Source of the DNA: Paracoccaceae bacterium
Lineage (GTDB): Bacteria > Pseudomonadota > Alphaproteobacteria > Rhodobacterales > Rhodobacteraceae
Assembly: GCA_964291375.2 (NCBI GenBank)
Contig: OZ219810.1
Coordinates: 54,021-118,020, forward strand
Reading direction: 5' to 3'
Length of the DNA stretch: 64,000 nt
Positions 40,173 to 50,369 of the stretch are shown piece by piece. The notes under the pieces are model-generated. The model was not told the DNA's origin and ran no database searches. It saw nothing but the letters and a program-made list of their open reading frames with translations. Both the position numbers and the translations under genes were made by a program. Position 1 is the first letter of the stretch. Every line of letters begins with the position of its first letter.

Positions 40173-40181
40173 ATTATAGCA
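40173..40181 (-). promoter_or_regulatory. candidate extended -10 promoter element TGCTATAAT for the giant gene
   Basis: The reverse complement of 40173-40181 (attatagca) is TGCTATAAT, a perfect TGnTATAAT. The only TTGACA lies 26 nt upstream, too far for a canonical -35. Confidence 0.4.
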
Positions 40182-40204
40182 CCCAAACCTGGATCAAACG
40201 ATGT

Positions 40205-40221
40205 TGTCAATGCCATTGACA
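40205..40221. promoter_or_regulatory. perfect 8-1-8 palindrome TGTCAATG-C-CATTGACA (candidate operator)
   Basis: Direct read. Lies 27-43 nt upstream of the candidate -10 and carries TTGACA on both strands. Confidence 0.3.
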
Positions 40222-40490
40222 TCTTTTCTGCCGCCGGATGCAACCATAACGTGGAGTTGTAGCTTATTTTTGGCTAAAGCAGCCAAACTAACCCGCCACA
40301 ATGTGCGAATCAGATTCTGGTCAAAAAGTCCTATACCGGAAATTTTTTCCGGCAATTCAACGACACTCCTCATCAGCTCAACCCTTTCGCGCCTGACCCT
40401 ACCCTGAACCGCTGGCTTGCTTGGTTTTAATATAGATGTAAAAACTTTGAACAAGCAAGAAATTTTAAGGCCTGTTTGAACTTTTTGTGA

Positions 40491-40504
40491 TGCAACCGGT
40501 TGCA
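40491..40504. promoter_or_regulatory. perfect 14-bp palindrome TGCAACCGGTTGCA
   Basis: Direct read. GATGCAACC recurs at 40237-40245 and 40489-40497, and further TTGCAA copies follow at 40500-40525. Confidence 0.25.
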
Positions 40505-40618
40505 AATGGCGGACCATTGCAAACGGGCAAACATCCCGCATCGACATGGGCGGCAGGTGCTGGTCCGGGTGATCCGCGCCCGCCCGTCCCGGCGCAGGCG
40601 GCGCGCCCCCCGTTCCCG

Positions 40619-43396
40619 CTATTCGGCGGCGATGTTGTCCGCGACCGGCTCCACCCGCACGGCGGCAAACTTGAACTCCGGTATCTTGCCATAGGGGTCA
40701 AGCGCCGGGTTGGTCAGGATATTGGCGGCGGCCTCGACATAGGCGAACGGCACAAAGACCATGTTTTCCGCAATCGCCCGATCCGCGCGGGCCATGATTT
40801 CGATCCGCCCCCGCCGGGTGATCAGGCGCACCGTGTCGCCGGGAGAAACCCCCAACCGGCGCAGGGTCTTGGGGTTGAGCGAACAGTTGGCCTCCGGCTC
40901 CACCGCGTCAAGCACCGCCGAGCGGCGGGTCATCGACCCGGTATGCCAGTGTTCAAGCTGGCGGCCGGTGGTCATCACCATCGGATAGTCGGCGTCCGGG
41001 GTTTCATCCGGGGCGATGATGGCGGCGGGGGTGAACCTCGCCCGCCCTTCCGGGCGCGGAAAGCCGTCGCCAAAGACAACCGCCTGCCCCGGATCATCGG
41101 GGCTGAGCGACGGATAGGTCACGGCCTGTTGCTCCAGCCGTTCCCAGGTGATGTTGTCGAGGCTCTGCATGGTCAGCTTCATCTCGGCAAAGACATCACG
41201 GGGGTGGGTATAGCGCCAGCCAAGCCCCAGCCGGTTGGCAATGTCGATGGTGATCGCCCAGTCCTCGCGCGCCTCGCCCGGCGGGGGGACCGCCGGACGC
41301 ACCATCTGCACCTGCCGGTTGGTGTTGGAAACGGTTCCGGTCTTTTCATAAAGGGCCGAGGCAGGCAGGATAACATCGGCATAATTCGCGGTCTCGGTCA
41401 GGAAAATGTCCTGCACCACCATCAGGTCGAGCCGGGCAAGGGCCTCTCGCGCATGGTCCGCGTCCGGGTCAGACATGGCCGGGTTCTCGCCCAGAATATA
41501 CATGCCCCGGATCGTGCCCGCATGGATGTGGTCGATGATCTCGGTCACGGTCAGGCCCTTTTCGTCCGACCAGTCGCCGGACCCCCAGACGCCGCTGAAA
41601 TGCCTGCGCACCGCATCGTCGCCAACCGGCTGATAATCCGGCAGAAACATCGGGATCAGGCCCGCATCGGACGCGCCCTGCACGTTGTTCTGGCCGCGCA
41701 GAGGGTGCAGGCCGGTGCCGGGACGCCCGACATGGCCGCACATCAGCGCCAGGCTGATCAGACAGCGGGAGTTGTCGGTGCCGTGGATATGCTGTGACAC
41801 GCCCATGCCCCAGAAGATCATGCCCGCCCTGGCCTTGGCGAAGGTGCGGGCCACATCGCGGATCACCTCGGGCGCGATCCCTGAAATCCCGGCCATCGCC
41901 TCGGGGCTGAAATCTTTCAGATGGGCGCGCTCGGCCTGCCAGTTCTCGGTATAGGCGTCGATATATTGCTGATCATAAAGGCCTTCTTCGGCAATGACGT
42001 GCATGATAGAGTTCAGCATCGCCACATCGGTGCCGGGGCGGAATTGCAGCATCTGATAGGCAAAGCGCCGCAGGCCGACACCGCGCGGGTCCATCACGAT
42101 CAGCTTGCCGCCGCGTTTGGTGAATTGCTTGAAAAAGGTGGCGGCCACCGGGTGGTTCTCGACCGGATTCGCACCGATGATAATGGCGACATCGGCGTTT
42201 TCGATCTCGTTGAAGGTCGCCGTCACCGCGCCGGAACCGATGTTTTCGATCAGCGCCGCCACCGAGGACGCATGGCACAGCCGTGTGCAGTGATCGACAT
42301 TGTTGTGGCCAAAGCCCTGCCGGATCAGCTTTTGGAACAGATATGCCTCTTCGTTGGTGCATTTGGCCGAGCCGAACCCGGCCACGGCGCGCCCGCCATG
42401 GGCCTTTGCCAGTTTCGAGAAGCCCCCCGCCACCGCATCAAGCGCCTCTTCCCAGCTTGCTTCGCGAAAATGGGTGGCCAGATTGCCGGGATCAACGTTC
42501 AAGCCCTTGGGGGGCGCGTCGGCGCGCCGGATCAGGGGCCGGGTCAGACGATGGGGGTGGTGGATGTAATCAAAGCCGAAACGCCCCTTGACGCACAGGC
42601 GGCCCTCGTTGGCGGGGCCGTCCACGCCCTCCACATACCTGATGCTGCCCCCCTTGATCTTCAGGCTGACCTGACAGCCGACGCCACAGAACGGGCAGAC
42701 GCTTTTGACCTCGCTGTCATAATCGGCACTGTCGCCTGTCTGCGCCTCGTCCAGCACAGTTGCAGGCATCAGCGCCCCGGTCGGGCACGCCTGCACGCAT
42801 TCGCCGCAGGCAACGCAGGTGGATGCCCCCATCGGGTCATCAAAATCAAACACCGGATAGGCGTCATGGCCGCGCCCGCCCATGCCGATCACATCATTGA
42901 CCTGAACCTCGCGGCAGGCGCGCACGCACAGGCCGCACTGGATACAGGCGTCAAGATTGACCCGCATCGCCACATGGCTGTCGTCGAGCAGCGGCACCCG
43001 CGCTGCCTCCAGCCCAGGAAAACGGCTCTCGGAAACCCCATTCGCCGCCGCCATGTCCCACATATGGGACGACTTGTCATGGGCCGCGTCGCGGGCGGGC
43101 TGATCGGCAACCAGCATCTCCACCACCATGCGGCGGGCAGAGACCGCGCGGGCGCTGTCGGTTCTGACCACCATGCCCTCGGCAGGTGTGCGGATGCAGG
43201 AAGCCGCAAGCGTGCGTTCGCCCTCAATCTCGACCATACAGGCGCGGCAGTTGCCGTCGGGCCGATACCCCGGCGCGGGCTTGTGGCACAGATGCGGGAT
43301 GACCAGCCCCCGGCCATGGGCGACCTCCCAGATGGTTTCGCCGTCGCGGGCGGTGACCTGTTGGCCATCAAGGGTGAAGGTGATTGTCTCCGCCAT
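40619..43396 (-). CDS. fdsA: NAD-linked formate dehydrogenase alpha subunit (molybdopterin, NuoG-like N-terminus)
   Basis: 925 aa. It has an N-terminal 2Fe-2S region (HLCHKPAPGYRPDGNCRACMVEI), ferredoxin motifs CIQCGLCVRAC and CVACGECVQAC, and a molybdopterin oxidoreductase body. There is no in-frame TGA, so it is the Cys type. Confidence 0.9.
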   Translation of the reverse strand: MAETITFTLDGQQVTARDGETIWEVAHGRGLVIPHLCHKPAPGYRPDGNCRACMVEIEGERTLAASCIRTPAEGMVVRTDSARAVSARRMVVEMLVADQPARDAAHDKSSHMWDMAAANGVSESRFPGLEAARVPLLDDSHVAMRVNLDACIQCGLCVRACREVQVNDVIGMGGRGHDAYPVFDFDDPMGASTCVACGECVQACPTGALMPATVLDEAQTGDSADYDSEVKSVCPFCGVGCQVSLKIKGGSIRYVEGVDGPANEGRLCVKGRFGFDYIHHPHRLTRPLIRRADAPPKGLNVDPGNLATHFREASWEEALDAVAGGFSKLAKAHGGRAVAGFGSAKCTNEEAYLFQKLIRQGFGHNNVDHCTRLCHASSVAALIENIGSGAVTATFNEIENADVAIIIGANPVENHPVAATFFKQFTKRGGKLIVMDPRGVGLRRFAYQMLQFRPGTDVAMLNSIMHVIAEEGLYDQQYIDAYTENWQAERAHLKDFSPEAMAGISGIAPEVIRDVARTFAKARAGMIFWGMGVSQHIHGTDNSRCLISLALMCGHVGRPGTGLHPLRGQNNVQGASDAGLIPMFLPDYQPVGDDAVRRHFSGVWGSGDWSDEKGLTVTEIIDHIHAGTIRGMYILGENPAMSDPDADHAREALARLDLMVVQDIFLTETANYADVILPASALYEKTGTVSNTNRQVQMVRPAVPPPGEAREDWAITIDIANRLGLGWRYTHPRDVFAEMKLTMQSLDNITWERLEQQAVTYPSLSPDDPGQAVVFGDGFPRPEGRARFTPAAIIAPDETPDADYPMVMTTGRQLEHWHTGSMTRRSAVLDAVEPEANCSLNPKTLRRLGVSPGDTVRLITRRGRIEIMARADRAIAENMVFVPFAYVEAAANILTNPALDPYGKIPEFKFAAVRVEPVADNIAAE

Positions 43397-43400
43397 TGCC

Positions 43401-45095
43401 CTACACCTCTTGCGCGAAATGTTTCATGGTCAGCCGGATCGGGTTCGGGGCCGCCTGCCCCAGCCCGCAGATCGAGGCATCAGCCATCGCCTCGCACAAC
43501 TCTTCCAGCAGCCCCCGGTCCCAGCGGTCAGCCTGCATCAGCTTCACCGCCTTCTCGCACCCGACCCGACACGGCGTGCATTGGCCACAGCTTTCATCCT
43601 CGAAAAACCGCAGCATGTTGAGCGCCGCCGCCCGCGCGCTGTCCTTGTCACTCAGCACCACGACAGCGGCGGAACCGATAAAACTGCCATGAGGCTGAAG
43701 CGTATCGAAATCAAGCGGAATGTCATCCAAAGCGGCGGGCAACAGCCCGGAAGACGGCCCGCCCGGCTGATACGCCTTGAACACATGGCCATCAAGCATT
43801 CCGCCCGCCGCGGCGATAATGTCGGTGATGGTTGATCCCGCAGGCAGAAGGTGAACGCCGGGGGTCTTCACCCGGCCCGAGACAGAATAGGACCGCAGCC
43901 CCCGGCGGCCATTCCTTTCGGCTGAGGACAGGATTTCCGGCCCTTCCCGACAGACTTTCGCCACCCAGTAGAGGGTTTCGACATTGTTGACCAGCGTCGG
44001 GCGGCCAAAAACTCCGACCTGCGCGACAAATGGCGGGCGATGGCGGGGCAGGCCGCGCTTGCCCTCGATCGATTCGATCATCGCCGATTCCTCGCCGCAG
44101 ATATAGGCCCCGGCCCCCCGGCGCAGATCAATATACCCTTTTTCGACAATCCCGGCTGCTTCGAGCGCGGCGATCTCCCGGCGCAGAATCTCCAGCACCG
44201 AGGGGTATTCGTCGCGCATATAGACAAAGCAGGTCTCTGCCTCGACCGCCCAGGCGGCGATCAGCATCCCCTCAAGGAAAACATGAGGTTCCCGTTCAAG
44301 ATAGAACCGGTCCTTGAAGGTGCCGGGTTCGCCCTCATCGCCATTGACGGCCAGATAGCGCGGCCCGGCCTCGGCGCGCACGAACCCCCATTTGCGCCCG
44401 GTGGGAAAGCCCGCCCCGCCAAGCCCGCGCAGGCCGGAGGCAAGAATTTTTTCCTGCACCGCCCCGAAATCGCCGTTTGCGCGAATGTCTTTCAGGGTTT
44501 CATAGCCGCCTTGGGCACAATAGGCCGCGTAAGTCTGATAATCGGGCATTTCGGGGTGAAAATCACCGGCAGAGACCGCTTGGGCAACTTTTTCCGGCGT
44601 GGCGTGGTCGATATGGCGGTGACCGATCTCCAGCACCGGGGCGGTGTCGCAGCGGCCCATGCAGGGCGCGCGCAGCACACGGATTTTCGCCGGGTCGGTG
44701 CCGGAGCGGAGCGCGGACAGCAGGGCGTCCGAACCGGCCAGCTCGCAGGACAGCGAATCGCAGACCCGGATGGTCAGGTCGGGCGGCGGCGTGGTGTCTT
44801 CGCGCACCGGGTCGAAATGGGCATAGAACGTCGCCACTTCCCACACCTCAGCCATACCGATGCGCAGTTCCTCGGCCAGCGCGCGCAGATGCGGGGCCGA
44901 CAGGTGGCCGTATCTGTCCTGAATCAGGTGCAGAAATTCGATCAGCAGGTCGCGCCGCCGGGGTCTGTCGGCCAACAGCGCCCGGACCTCTGCCCAGGCG
45001 GTATCGTCCAGTTGCCGCCCCTTGGGGGTGCGCCGCCCGCGCCCCTTGCCGGATTTCCACACCCCGGATTGCCGGGATTGATCGTCCAATGCCAT
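43401..45095 (-). CDS. fdsB: formate dehydrogenase diaphorase subunit, NuoE-like and NuoF-like domains fused (FdsG-FdsB)
   Basis: MALDDQSR start at 45095. The NuoE-like part is IRVCDSLSCELAG...RAPCMGRCDTAP. The NuoF-like part has GLRGLGGAGFPTGRKW and ESCGQCTPCR. Confidence 0.85.
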   Translation of the reverse strand: MALDDQSRQSGVWKSGKGRGRRTPKGRQLDDTAWAEVRALLADRPRRRDLLIEFLHLIQDRYGHLSAPHLRALAEELRIGMAEVWEVATFYAHFDPVREDTTPPPDLTIRVCDSLSCELAGSDALLSALRSGTDPAKIRVLRAPCMGRCDTAPVLEIGHRHIDHATPEKVAQAVSAGDFHPEMPDYQTYAAYCAQGGYETLKDIRANGDFGAVQEKILASGLRGLGGAGFPTGRKWGFVRAEAGPRYLAVNGDEGEPGTFKDRFYLEREPHVFLEGMLIAAWAVEAETCFVYMRDEYPSVLEILRREIAALEAAGIVEKGYIDLRRGAGAYICGEESAMIESIEGKRGLPRHRPPFVAQVGVFGRPTLVNNVETLYWVAKVCREGPEILSSAERNGRRGLRSYSVSGRVKTPGVHLLPAGSTITDIIAAAGGMLDGHVFKAYQPGGPSSGLLPAALDDIPLDFDTLQPHGSFIGSAAVVVLSDKDSARAAALNMLRFFEDESCGQCTPCRVGCEKAVKLMQADRWDRGLLEELCEAMADASICGLGQAAPNPIRLTMKHFAQEV

Positions 45096-45303
45096 ATTCG
45101 CCGTGCCTTGCCTTCGCCGGAGGATCCGGCGGAGAGAACACATATCCCCGCGCCGGGAGTTGCCCCCTGATGCAGGATGGAGCAATCTTATGTCAACATT
45201 GATTATCTGCCATGGGGCAGGGAATTTCCGCAAGGCCCGCCGAAAGCCGCCGGTGATCCCCCCGCCGCTGGACAGGGGACATGCGGCGGTTTACCTGTCG
45301 GCC

Positions 45304-45543
45304 ATGGAACGGACGGAATGGGATGAAGAGGCTGACGCCACCGGGCTGCTTTGCCCGTTGCCGGTGCTGAGGGCGCGGAAGCGGCTGAAGGGGATGGCGG
45401 CGGGGGGTGTGTTGCGGCTGGTCACCACCGATCCGGCGGCGCGGGTCGATGTGGCGCATTTCTGTGCCGAGGCAGGGCATGAGCTGTTGGGGGAGGAGGA
45501 GATGGGGGCCGCCACCGCGTGGCTCATCCGCAAACGGGTCTGA
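45304..45543 (+). CDS. TusA/SirA-family sulfurtransferase-like protein
   Basis: 79 aa from MERTEWDE. CPxP motif LLCPLPVL and typical size. The upstream part of track ORF 45103.. is discarded. Confidence 0.65.
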   Translation: MERTEWDEEADATGLLCPLPVLRARKRLKGMAAGGVLRLVTTDPAARVDVAHFCAEAGHELLGEEEMGAATAWLIRKRV

Positions 45544-45655
45544 GCCGGGGGGACGGGAACGCACCGCCGGTCCTTCCCACCCGCCTGTTGCCGGGAACGC
45601 TCGACAAACACGCCCCTGCCCGGTTAAATCGTCAAAACCTTCGGAGGACCAGGGC

Positions 45656-46099
45656 ATGACATCCTTTCTGCTGCTGAACGGCCCGAACCTGAATTTGCTT
45701 GGCACGCGCGAGCCGGGGATATACGGCACGGCAACGCTTGAGGATATTGTCGGCGAGGCAAAGGCATATGCCGCCGCGCGGGGTGCGGAGCTTGCGGATT
45801 TTCAGTCGAATGCCGAGGGCGACCTGATCAACGCGCTCCATGCGGCCCGGGGGCGGCACGAATGCGTCATCCTGAACCCCGGGGCCTACACCCATACGTC
45901 GGTCGCCCTTATGGACGCGATTGCGGCGACCGGTTTGCCGGTGGTCGAGGTGCATTTGTCCAACATCCACGCGCGAGAGAGCTTTCGGCGCGACTCGCTG
46001 ATCTCTCCGGTCGCTGTCGGCGTGATTGCCGGTTTCGGGGCGTTCGGGTATCTGATGGCGATAGACGCCGGGCTGAACCATCTCAAGGCGGCGAAATGA
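45656..46099 (+). CDS. aroQ: type II 3-dehydroquinate dehydratase
   Basis: MTSFLLLNGPNLNLLGTREPGIYG...VEVHLSNIHARE. 147 aa, with GGAGGA upstream. Confidence 0.9.
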   Translation: MTSFLLLNGPNLNLLGTREPGIYGTATLEDIVGEAKAYAAARGAELADFQSNAEGDLINALHAARGRHECVILNPGAYTHTSVALMDAIAATGLPVVEVHLSNIHARESFRRDSLISPVAVGVIAGFGAFGYLMAIDAGLNHLKAAK

Positions 46100-46189
46100 T
46101 CCCGGCGGGGTGACGGGGCGGACGGTTTGGCCAGCGATATGGCCAAAATATGATAATCCGATCACAGCCCTGCCGCCGCTTTTCCGCTG

Positions 46190-46351
46190 AAAAGACCTCT
46201 GCATGATGTCCGGGTCCGGCAGAGATATGGGCGACGGGTTTCACAAGAATGGTGAGGGCAGCGCCCGCCGTGGGGCGGGGCGGGCGCTGCCCGGCGCAAG
46301 CGCCGGGCGGGATGGGTTGGGTGCCGACGCACCAATATGTCAGAGGTCTTT
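46190..46351. repeat. MITE/REP-like element, full copy
   Basis: Terminal inverted repeats AAAAGACCTCTGCATGAT and ATATGTCAGAGGTCTTT. The interior is about 85-90% identical by eye to the inverted copy at 55924-56103. Confidence 0.7.
46256..46292. terminator. 14-bp GC stem inside the repeat element, between convergent aroQ and hutU
   Basis: GGGCAGCGCCCGCC (46256-46269) pairs with GGCGGGCGCTGCCC (46279-46292), with a 9-nt loop. Confidence 0.35.
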
Positions 46352-46369
46352 GGATTCAAAATCCGGGCG

Positions 46370-48037
46370 TCACACTATACCCGGCAGGCTCAGCTTATGC
46401 CGTCGCGCGCAGTCACGGGCAGCCTCATAGCCCGCATCCGCATGGCGCATCACCCCGGTTGCCGGATCATTCCACAACACCCGCCCGATCCGCCGGGCCG
46501 CCTCTGCACTCCCGTCACAGCATATCACCACGCCCGCGTGCTGGCTGAACCCCATGCCGACCCCGCCGCCATGGTGCAGCGACACCCAGGTCGCCCCCGA
46601 CGCGGTGTTCAGAAGCGCATTCAGCAGCGGCCAGTCCGACACCGCATCCGAACCGTCGCGCATCCGTTCGGTCTCGCGGTTGGGGGAAGCGACGGAACCG
46701 CTGTCCAGATGGTCGCGCCCGATCACCACCGGCGCGCTGAGTTCACCCGTCCGCACCATCTCATTGAAGGCCAGCCCCAACCGGTGACGGTCTCCCAGCC
46801 CCACCCAGCAGATACGGGCGGGAAGGCCCTGAAACGCGATGCGCCGGGCCGCCATGTCCAGCCAGGTGTGCAGATGCGCATTGTCGGGCAACAGTTCCTT
46901 CACCTTCGCGTCGGTCCTGCGAATGTCTTCGGGATCACCTGACAGCGCCACCCAGCGGAACGGGCCGATCCCCCGGCAGAACAGGGGCCGCACATAGGCA
47001 GGCACGAAACCGGGAAAGGCAAAGGCATCGGCCAGCCCCTCATCGGCGGCCACCTGCCGGATGTTGTTGCCGTAATCGACGACCGGAACCCCCGCCTTGT
47101 GAAAATCGACCATCGCCGCCACCTGATTGCGCATCGAGGCCCGCGCTGCCTCTTCAACCGATTTCGGATCCTGGGTCCGGGTGCGTTTCCAGCGCTCTAT
47201 CGTCCAGCCCTGCGGCAAATAGCCGTTCACCGGATCATGGGCGCTGGTCTGGTCGGTGACAATATCCGGGCGCACACCCCGGTCGAAAAGCGCCCGGAAT
47301 ATATCGGCGGCATTGCCCAGCAGGCCAACCGATTTTGCCTCACCCGCCCCGGTCCAGCGCCCGATCATCTCAAGCGCTTCATCAAGGCTTTCGGTGGTTT
47401 CGTCCAGATAGCCGGTGCGCAGGCGGAACGCTATGCTGTCGGGGTTGCACTCCACCGCCAGACAACAGGCCCCGGCCATCACCGCCGCCAGCGGCTGCGC
47501 GCCCCCCATGCCGCCAAGACCGCCGGTCAGTATCCAGCGCCCCTTCAGGTCGCCGCCGTAGTGCTGACGGCCCGCCTCGGCAAAGGTCTCATAGGTGCCC
47601 TGAACAATCCCCTGACTGCCGATATAAATCCACGATCCGGCGGTCATCTGGCCATACATCATCAGCCCCTTGCGGTCGAGATCACTAAAATGATCCCAAG
47701 TCGCCCAGTGGGGCACGAGGTTGGAATTGGCGATCAGCACACGGGGGGCGTCCGGGTGGGTGCGGAACACCCCCACCGGTTTGCCCGACTGCACCAGCAG
47801 GGTTTCGTCGGCCTCCAGTTCCCGCAGGCAGGCGACAATCCGGTCAAAGCACGGCCAGTCCCGCGCCGCGCGCCCGATCCCGCCATAAACCACCAGTTCC
47901 TGAGGGTTTTCGGCCACATCCGGGTGCAGGTTGTTCATCAGCATCCGTAAGGGCGCTTCGGTCAGCCAGCTTTTGGCGGTGATCTGTGGTCCGGTGGGCG
48001 GCGTGATTGTCCGGTTCCGGTAGCGATGGGTGGTCAT
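46370..48037 (-). CDS. hutU: urocanate hydratase
   Basis: 555 aa. [43 protein letters not shown] is typical of HutU. Confidence 0.95.
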   Translation of the reverse strand: MTTHRYRNRTITPPTGPQITAKSWLTEAPLRMLMNNLHPDVAENPQELVVYGGIGRAARDWPCFDRIVACLRELEADETLLVQSGKPVGVFRTHPDAPRVLIANSNLVPHWATWDHFSDLDRKGLMMYGQMTAGSWIYIGSQGIVQGTYETFAEAGRQHYGGDLKGRWILTGGLGGMGGAQPLAAVMAGACCLAVECNPDSIAFRLRTGYLDETTESLDEALEMIGRWTGAGEAKSVGLLGNAADIFRALFDRGVRPDIVTDQTSAHDPVNGYLPQGWTIERWKRTRTQDPKSVEEAARASMRNQVAAMVDFHKAGVPVVDYGNNIRQVAADEGLADAFAFPGFVPAYVRPLFCRGIGPFRWVALSGDPEDIRRTDAKVKELLPDNAHLHTWLDMAARRIAFQGLPARICWVGLGDRHRLGLAFNEMVRTGELSAPVVIGRDHLDSGSVASPNRETERMRDGSDAVSDWPLLNALLNTASGATWVSLHHGGGVGMGFSQHAGVVICCDGSAEAARRIGRVLWNDPATGVMRHADAGYEAARDCARRHKLSLPGIV

Positions 48038-48837
48038 CGGGTGCCTCTGAGGGTCGGGGCCAGCGCGGCCAGGTCATTCAGGATCGTCGCCAGAAGGTCG
48101 CGCAGGCGCGCGGCCCTGTCGGCCTGCCACGTCCAGGGGGGCCTTTCGGTCATATAGGCGGACTGGGCGATTTCCATCTGGAGTGCGTGTCGGCCCCGTT
48201 CCGGGCGACCATAATGGCGGGTGGTCCAGCCGCCCCGGAACCGCCCGTTCAGCACCGTGCTGTAACCGGGATGGTCCGCACACCGGGCATGGACGAGGGC
48301 CTCAACCCCGGCTGCACAGGTCCGCCCGTTATTGGTGCCGATGTTGAGGTCCGGCAGCCGCCCGGCGAACAGGAACGGCACCTGCCCCCGGATCGAGTGG
48401 CAATCATAGAGGATCACCACCCCGTGGCGGGCCTCAACCCGCGCTATCTCTGCTTCAAGTGCCGCATGATACGGGCCGTGGAAGGCGCGCAATCGCGCCG
48501 CAATGTCCTCTGCGCCGGGCTCAAAGCCGTCCTGCCAGATCGGGCGGCCATCGAAATCGGTCAGCGGCACCAGCCCGGTGGTGTTCTGCCCCGGATAGAG
48601 GCTCTGTTGCGATGGCGGGCGGTTTGCGTCGATGACATAGCGGTTGAAGGTCGCCCGCACCGTCGTCGCGCCCTCAAGCAGCCCGGCATAGAGGTCATCC
48701 ACATGCCAGTCGGTATCGGTGAGCAGACGGCCATTGGCGTTAAGCCGCGCCCGGATGTCCTGTGGCACATGTGTGCCGGTATGCGGCAGGCCCAGAATGA
48801 CCGGCCCGTCGCCCTGAACAACCTCGACCGGGGTCAT
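48034..48837 (-). CDS. hutG: N-formylglutamate amidohydrolase
   Basis: 267 aa, FGase-family N-terminus [19 protein letters not shown] start/stop overlaps with both hutH and hutU. Confidence 0.85.
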   Translation of the reverse strand: MTPVEVVQGDGPVILGLPHTGTHVPQDIRARLNANGRLLTDTDWHVDDLYAGLLEGATTVRATFNRYVIDANRPPSQQSLYPGQNTTGLVPLTDFDGRPIWQDGFEPGAEDIAARLRAFHGPYHAALEAEIARVEARHGVVILYDCHSIRGQVPFLFAGRLPDLNIGTNNGRTCAAGVEALVHARCADHPGYSTVLNGRFRGGWTTRHYGRPERGRHALQMEIAQSAYMTERPPWTWQADRAARLRDLLATILNDLAALAPTLRGTR

Positions 48838-50369
48838 GGCGCAAACCCCGGCAGGACGGTCTGATCAACGGCGGCAGCCAGGTCACCGCCAAGCACAAGC
48901 CCCCCCGCACGGGCCAGTTCCGGCGCAAGAAAGCGGTCATCGGCAAGGGCCGGAATATCCGCGCGTATTCTGGCAAGCACGGCCTGTAAGGGTGCCGAGC
49001 TTTTCAGAGGCCCGCGCAATTCAACCCCCTGCGCGGCGACAATCGCCTCAATCCCGATAATCCCGGCCAGATTCCCGGTCATGGTCAGAAGCCGCCTCGC
49101 ACCGTGACAAGCCATCGACACATGGTCCTCCTGATTGGCCGAAGTCGGCGTCGAATCAATACTGGCCGGGTGCGCCAACTGCTTGTTTTCGCTCATCAGG
49201 GCGGCAGAGGTCACCTCGGCAATCATCAGGCCGGAATTAAGGCCCGGCCTTGGGGTCAGGAACGGCGGCAGGCCAAAGCTCAGCGCCGGATCAACCAAAA
49301 GCGCAATCCGCCGCTGGCTGATCGCGCCGATCTCGGCGATGGCCAGCGCAATCTGATCGGCGGCAAAGGCAACGGGTTCCGCATGAAAATTGCCGCCCGA
49401 AACGATTGCACCATCGGCCAGAACCAGCGGGTTGTCAGTGACGGCGTTTGCCTCTGCCGCCAGAGTTGCGGCGGCGAACCGCAACAGGTCAAGACACGCC
49501 CCCATCACCTGCGGCTGACAGCGGATGCAATAGGGATCCTGCACGCGCTCGTCGCCCTCTCGGTGACTGTCACGGATTTCCGAACCATGGAGCAGGTGGC
49601 GCAGGGCGCGGGCGGTGTCGATCTGCCCTTGATGGCCGCGCAACAGGTGGATGTCATCGCGAAACGGGGCAGAGCTGCCCATGGCGGCATCGGTGGACAA
49701 GGCCCCGGTGACCAGCCCCGCGCGCAGCAGCCCCATGGCCCGGAACAACCCGGCCAGTGCCAGCGCGCAAGAGGTCTGGGTGCCGTTGATCAGCGCCAGC
49801 CCTTCCTTGGCGGTCAGCTCCAGCGGCGCAAGCCCCGCCTTCGCCAGCGCTGCGGTGGCAGGCATCGGGCGGGCGTGCAGGAACGCCTCTCCCTCTCCGA
49901 TCATCACCGCCGCCATATGGGCCAGAGGTGCCAGATCGCCCGACGCCCCGACAGACCCCTGTGACGGCACCACCGGAATCACCCCCCGCGCCAGCATCTG
50001 TTCGATCATCCCGACAAGGACCGGCCTGACCCCGGATGCGCCGCGTCCCAGAGAGATCAGCTTCAGCGACATCATCAGCCGCACGATGTCCTGCGACAGC
50101 GGTTCACCCACCCCGCAGCTATGGCTCAGGATCAGGTTGCGCTGCAACGTCGCCACATCATCGGGGGCGATACGGATGGTGGCGAGCTTGCCGAACCCGG
50201 TGTTGACACCGTAAACGGGGGCGTCCCCGGCGGCGATTGCGGCGATACGCTCTGCCGCCCTGTCAAGGGCGGGGGCAGAGGCCGGATCAAGCGCCGCCAC
50301 TGTCCCGTTCCGGTAAATGTCCTCGAGTGCCTCCAGCGGGACACTGCCCGGCGTCAAAATCAGTGTCAT
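48834..50369 (-). CDS. hutH: histidine ammonia-lyase
   Basis: MIO motif [14 protein letters not shown]. The conserved N-terminus starts at MTLILTPG (ATG 50369), overlapping the hutI stop as ATGA. Confidence 0.95.
   Translation of the reverse strand: MTLILTPGSVPLEALEDIYRNGTVAALDPASAPALDRAAERIAAIAAGDAPVYGVNTGFGKLATIRIAPDDVATLQRNLILSHSCGVGEPLSQDIVRLMMSLKLISLGRGASGVRPVLVGMIEQMLARGVIPVVPSQGSVGASGDLAPLAHMAAVMIGEGEAFLHARPMPATAALAKAGLAPLELTAKEGLALINGTQTSCALALAGLFRAMGLLRAGLVTGALSTDAAMGSSAPFRDDIHLLRGHQGQIDTARALRHLLHGSEIRDSHREGDERVQDPYCIRCQPQVMGACLDLLRFAAATLAAEANAVTDNPLVLADGAIVSGGNFHAEPVAFAADQIALAIAEIGAISQRRIALLVDPALSFGLPPFLTPRPGLNSGLMIAEVTSAALMSENKQLAHPASIDSTPTSANQEDHVSMACHGARRLLTMTGNLAGIIGIEAIVAAQGVELRGPLKSSAPLQAVLARIRADIPALADDRFLAPELARAGGLVLGGDLAAAVDQTVLPGFAP

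Noticed and set aside
40427-40479. CtrA-like boxes TTAA-N7-GTAA (40427-40441) and TTAA-N7-TTGA (40465-40479).
   Set aside because: Only half-sites match TTAA-N7-TTAAC, and such strings are expected in any AT-rich stretch.
40194-40547. 117-aa minus-strand ORF (and a 68-aa plus-strand ORF at 40201..40407) in the AT-rich region upstream of the giant gene. It is a possible small regulator.
   Set aside because: There is no recognisable motif or SD. Its composition is atypical for this genome's genes. It overlaps the palindromes and the candidate promoter, so a non-coding control region is more likely.
40619-43396. Possible selenocysteine (in-frame TGA) in the formate dehydrogenase alpha subunit.
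   Set aside because: The ORF is continuous with no internal TGA, so it is a Cys-type enzyme. No SECIS-like hairpin was looked for further.
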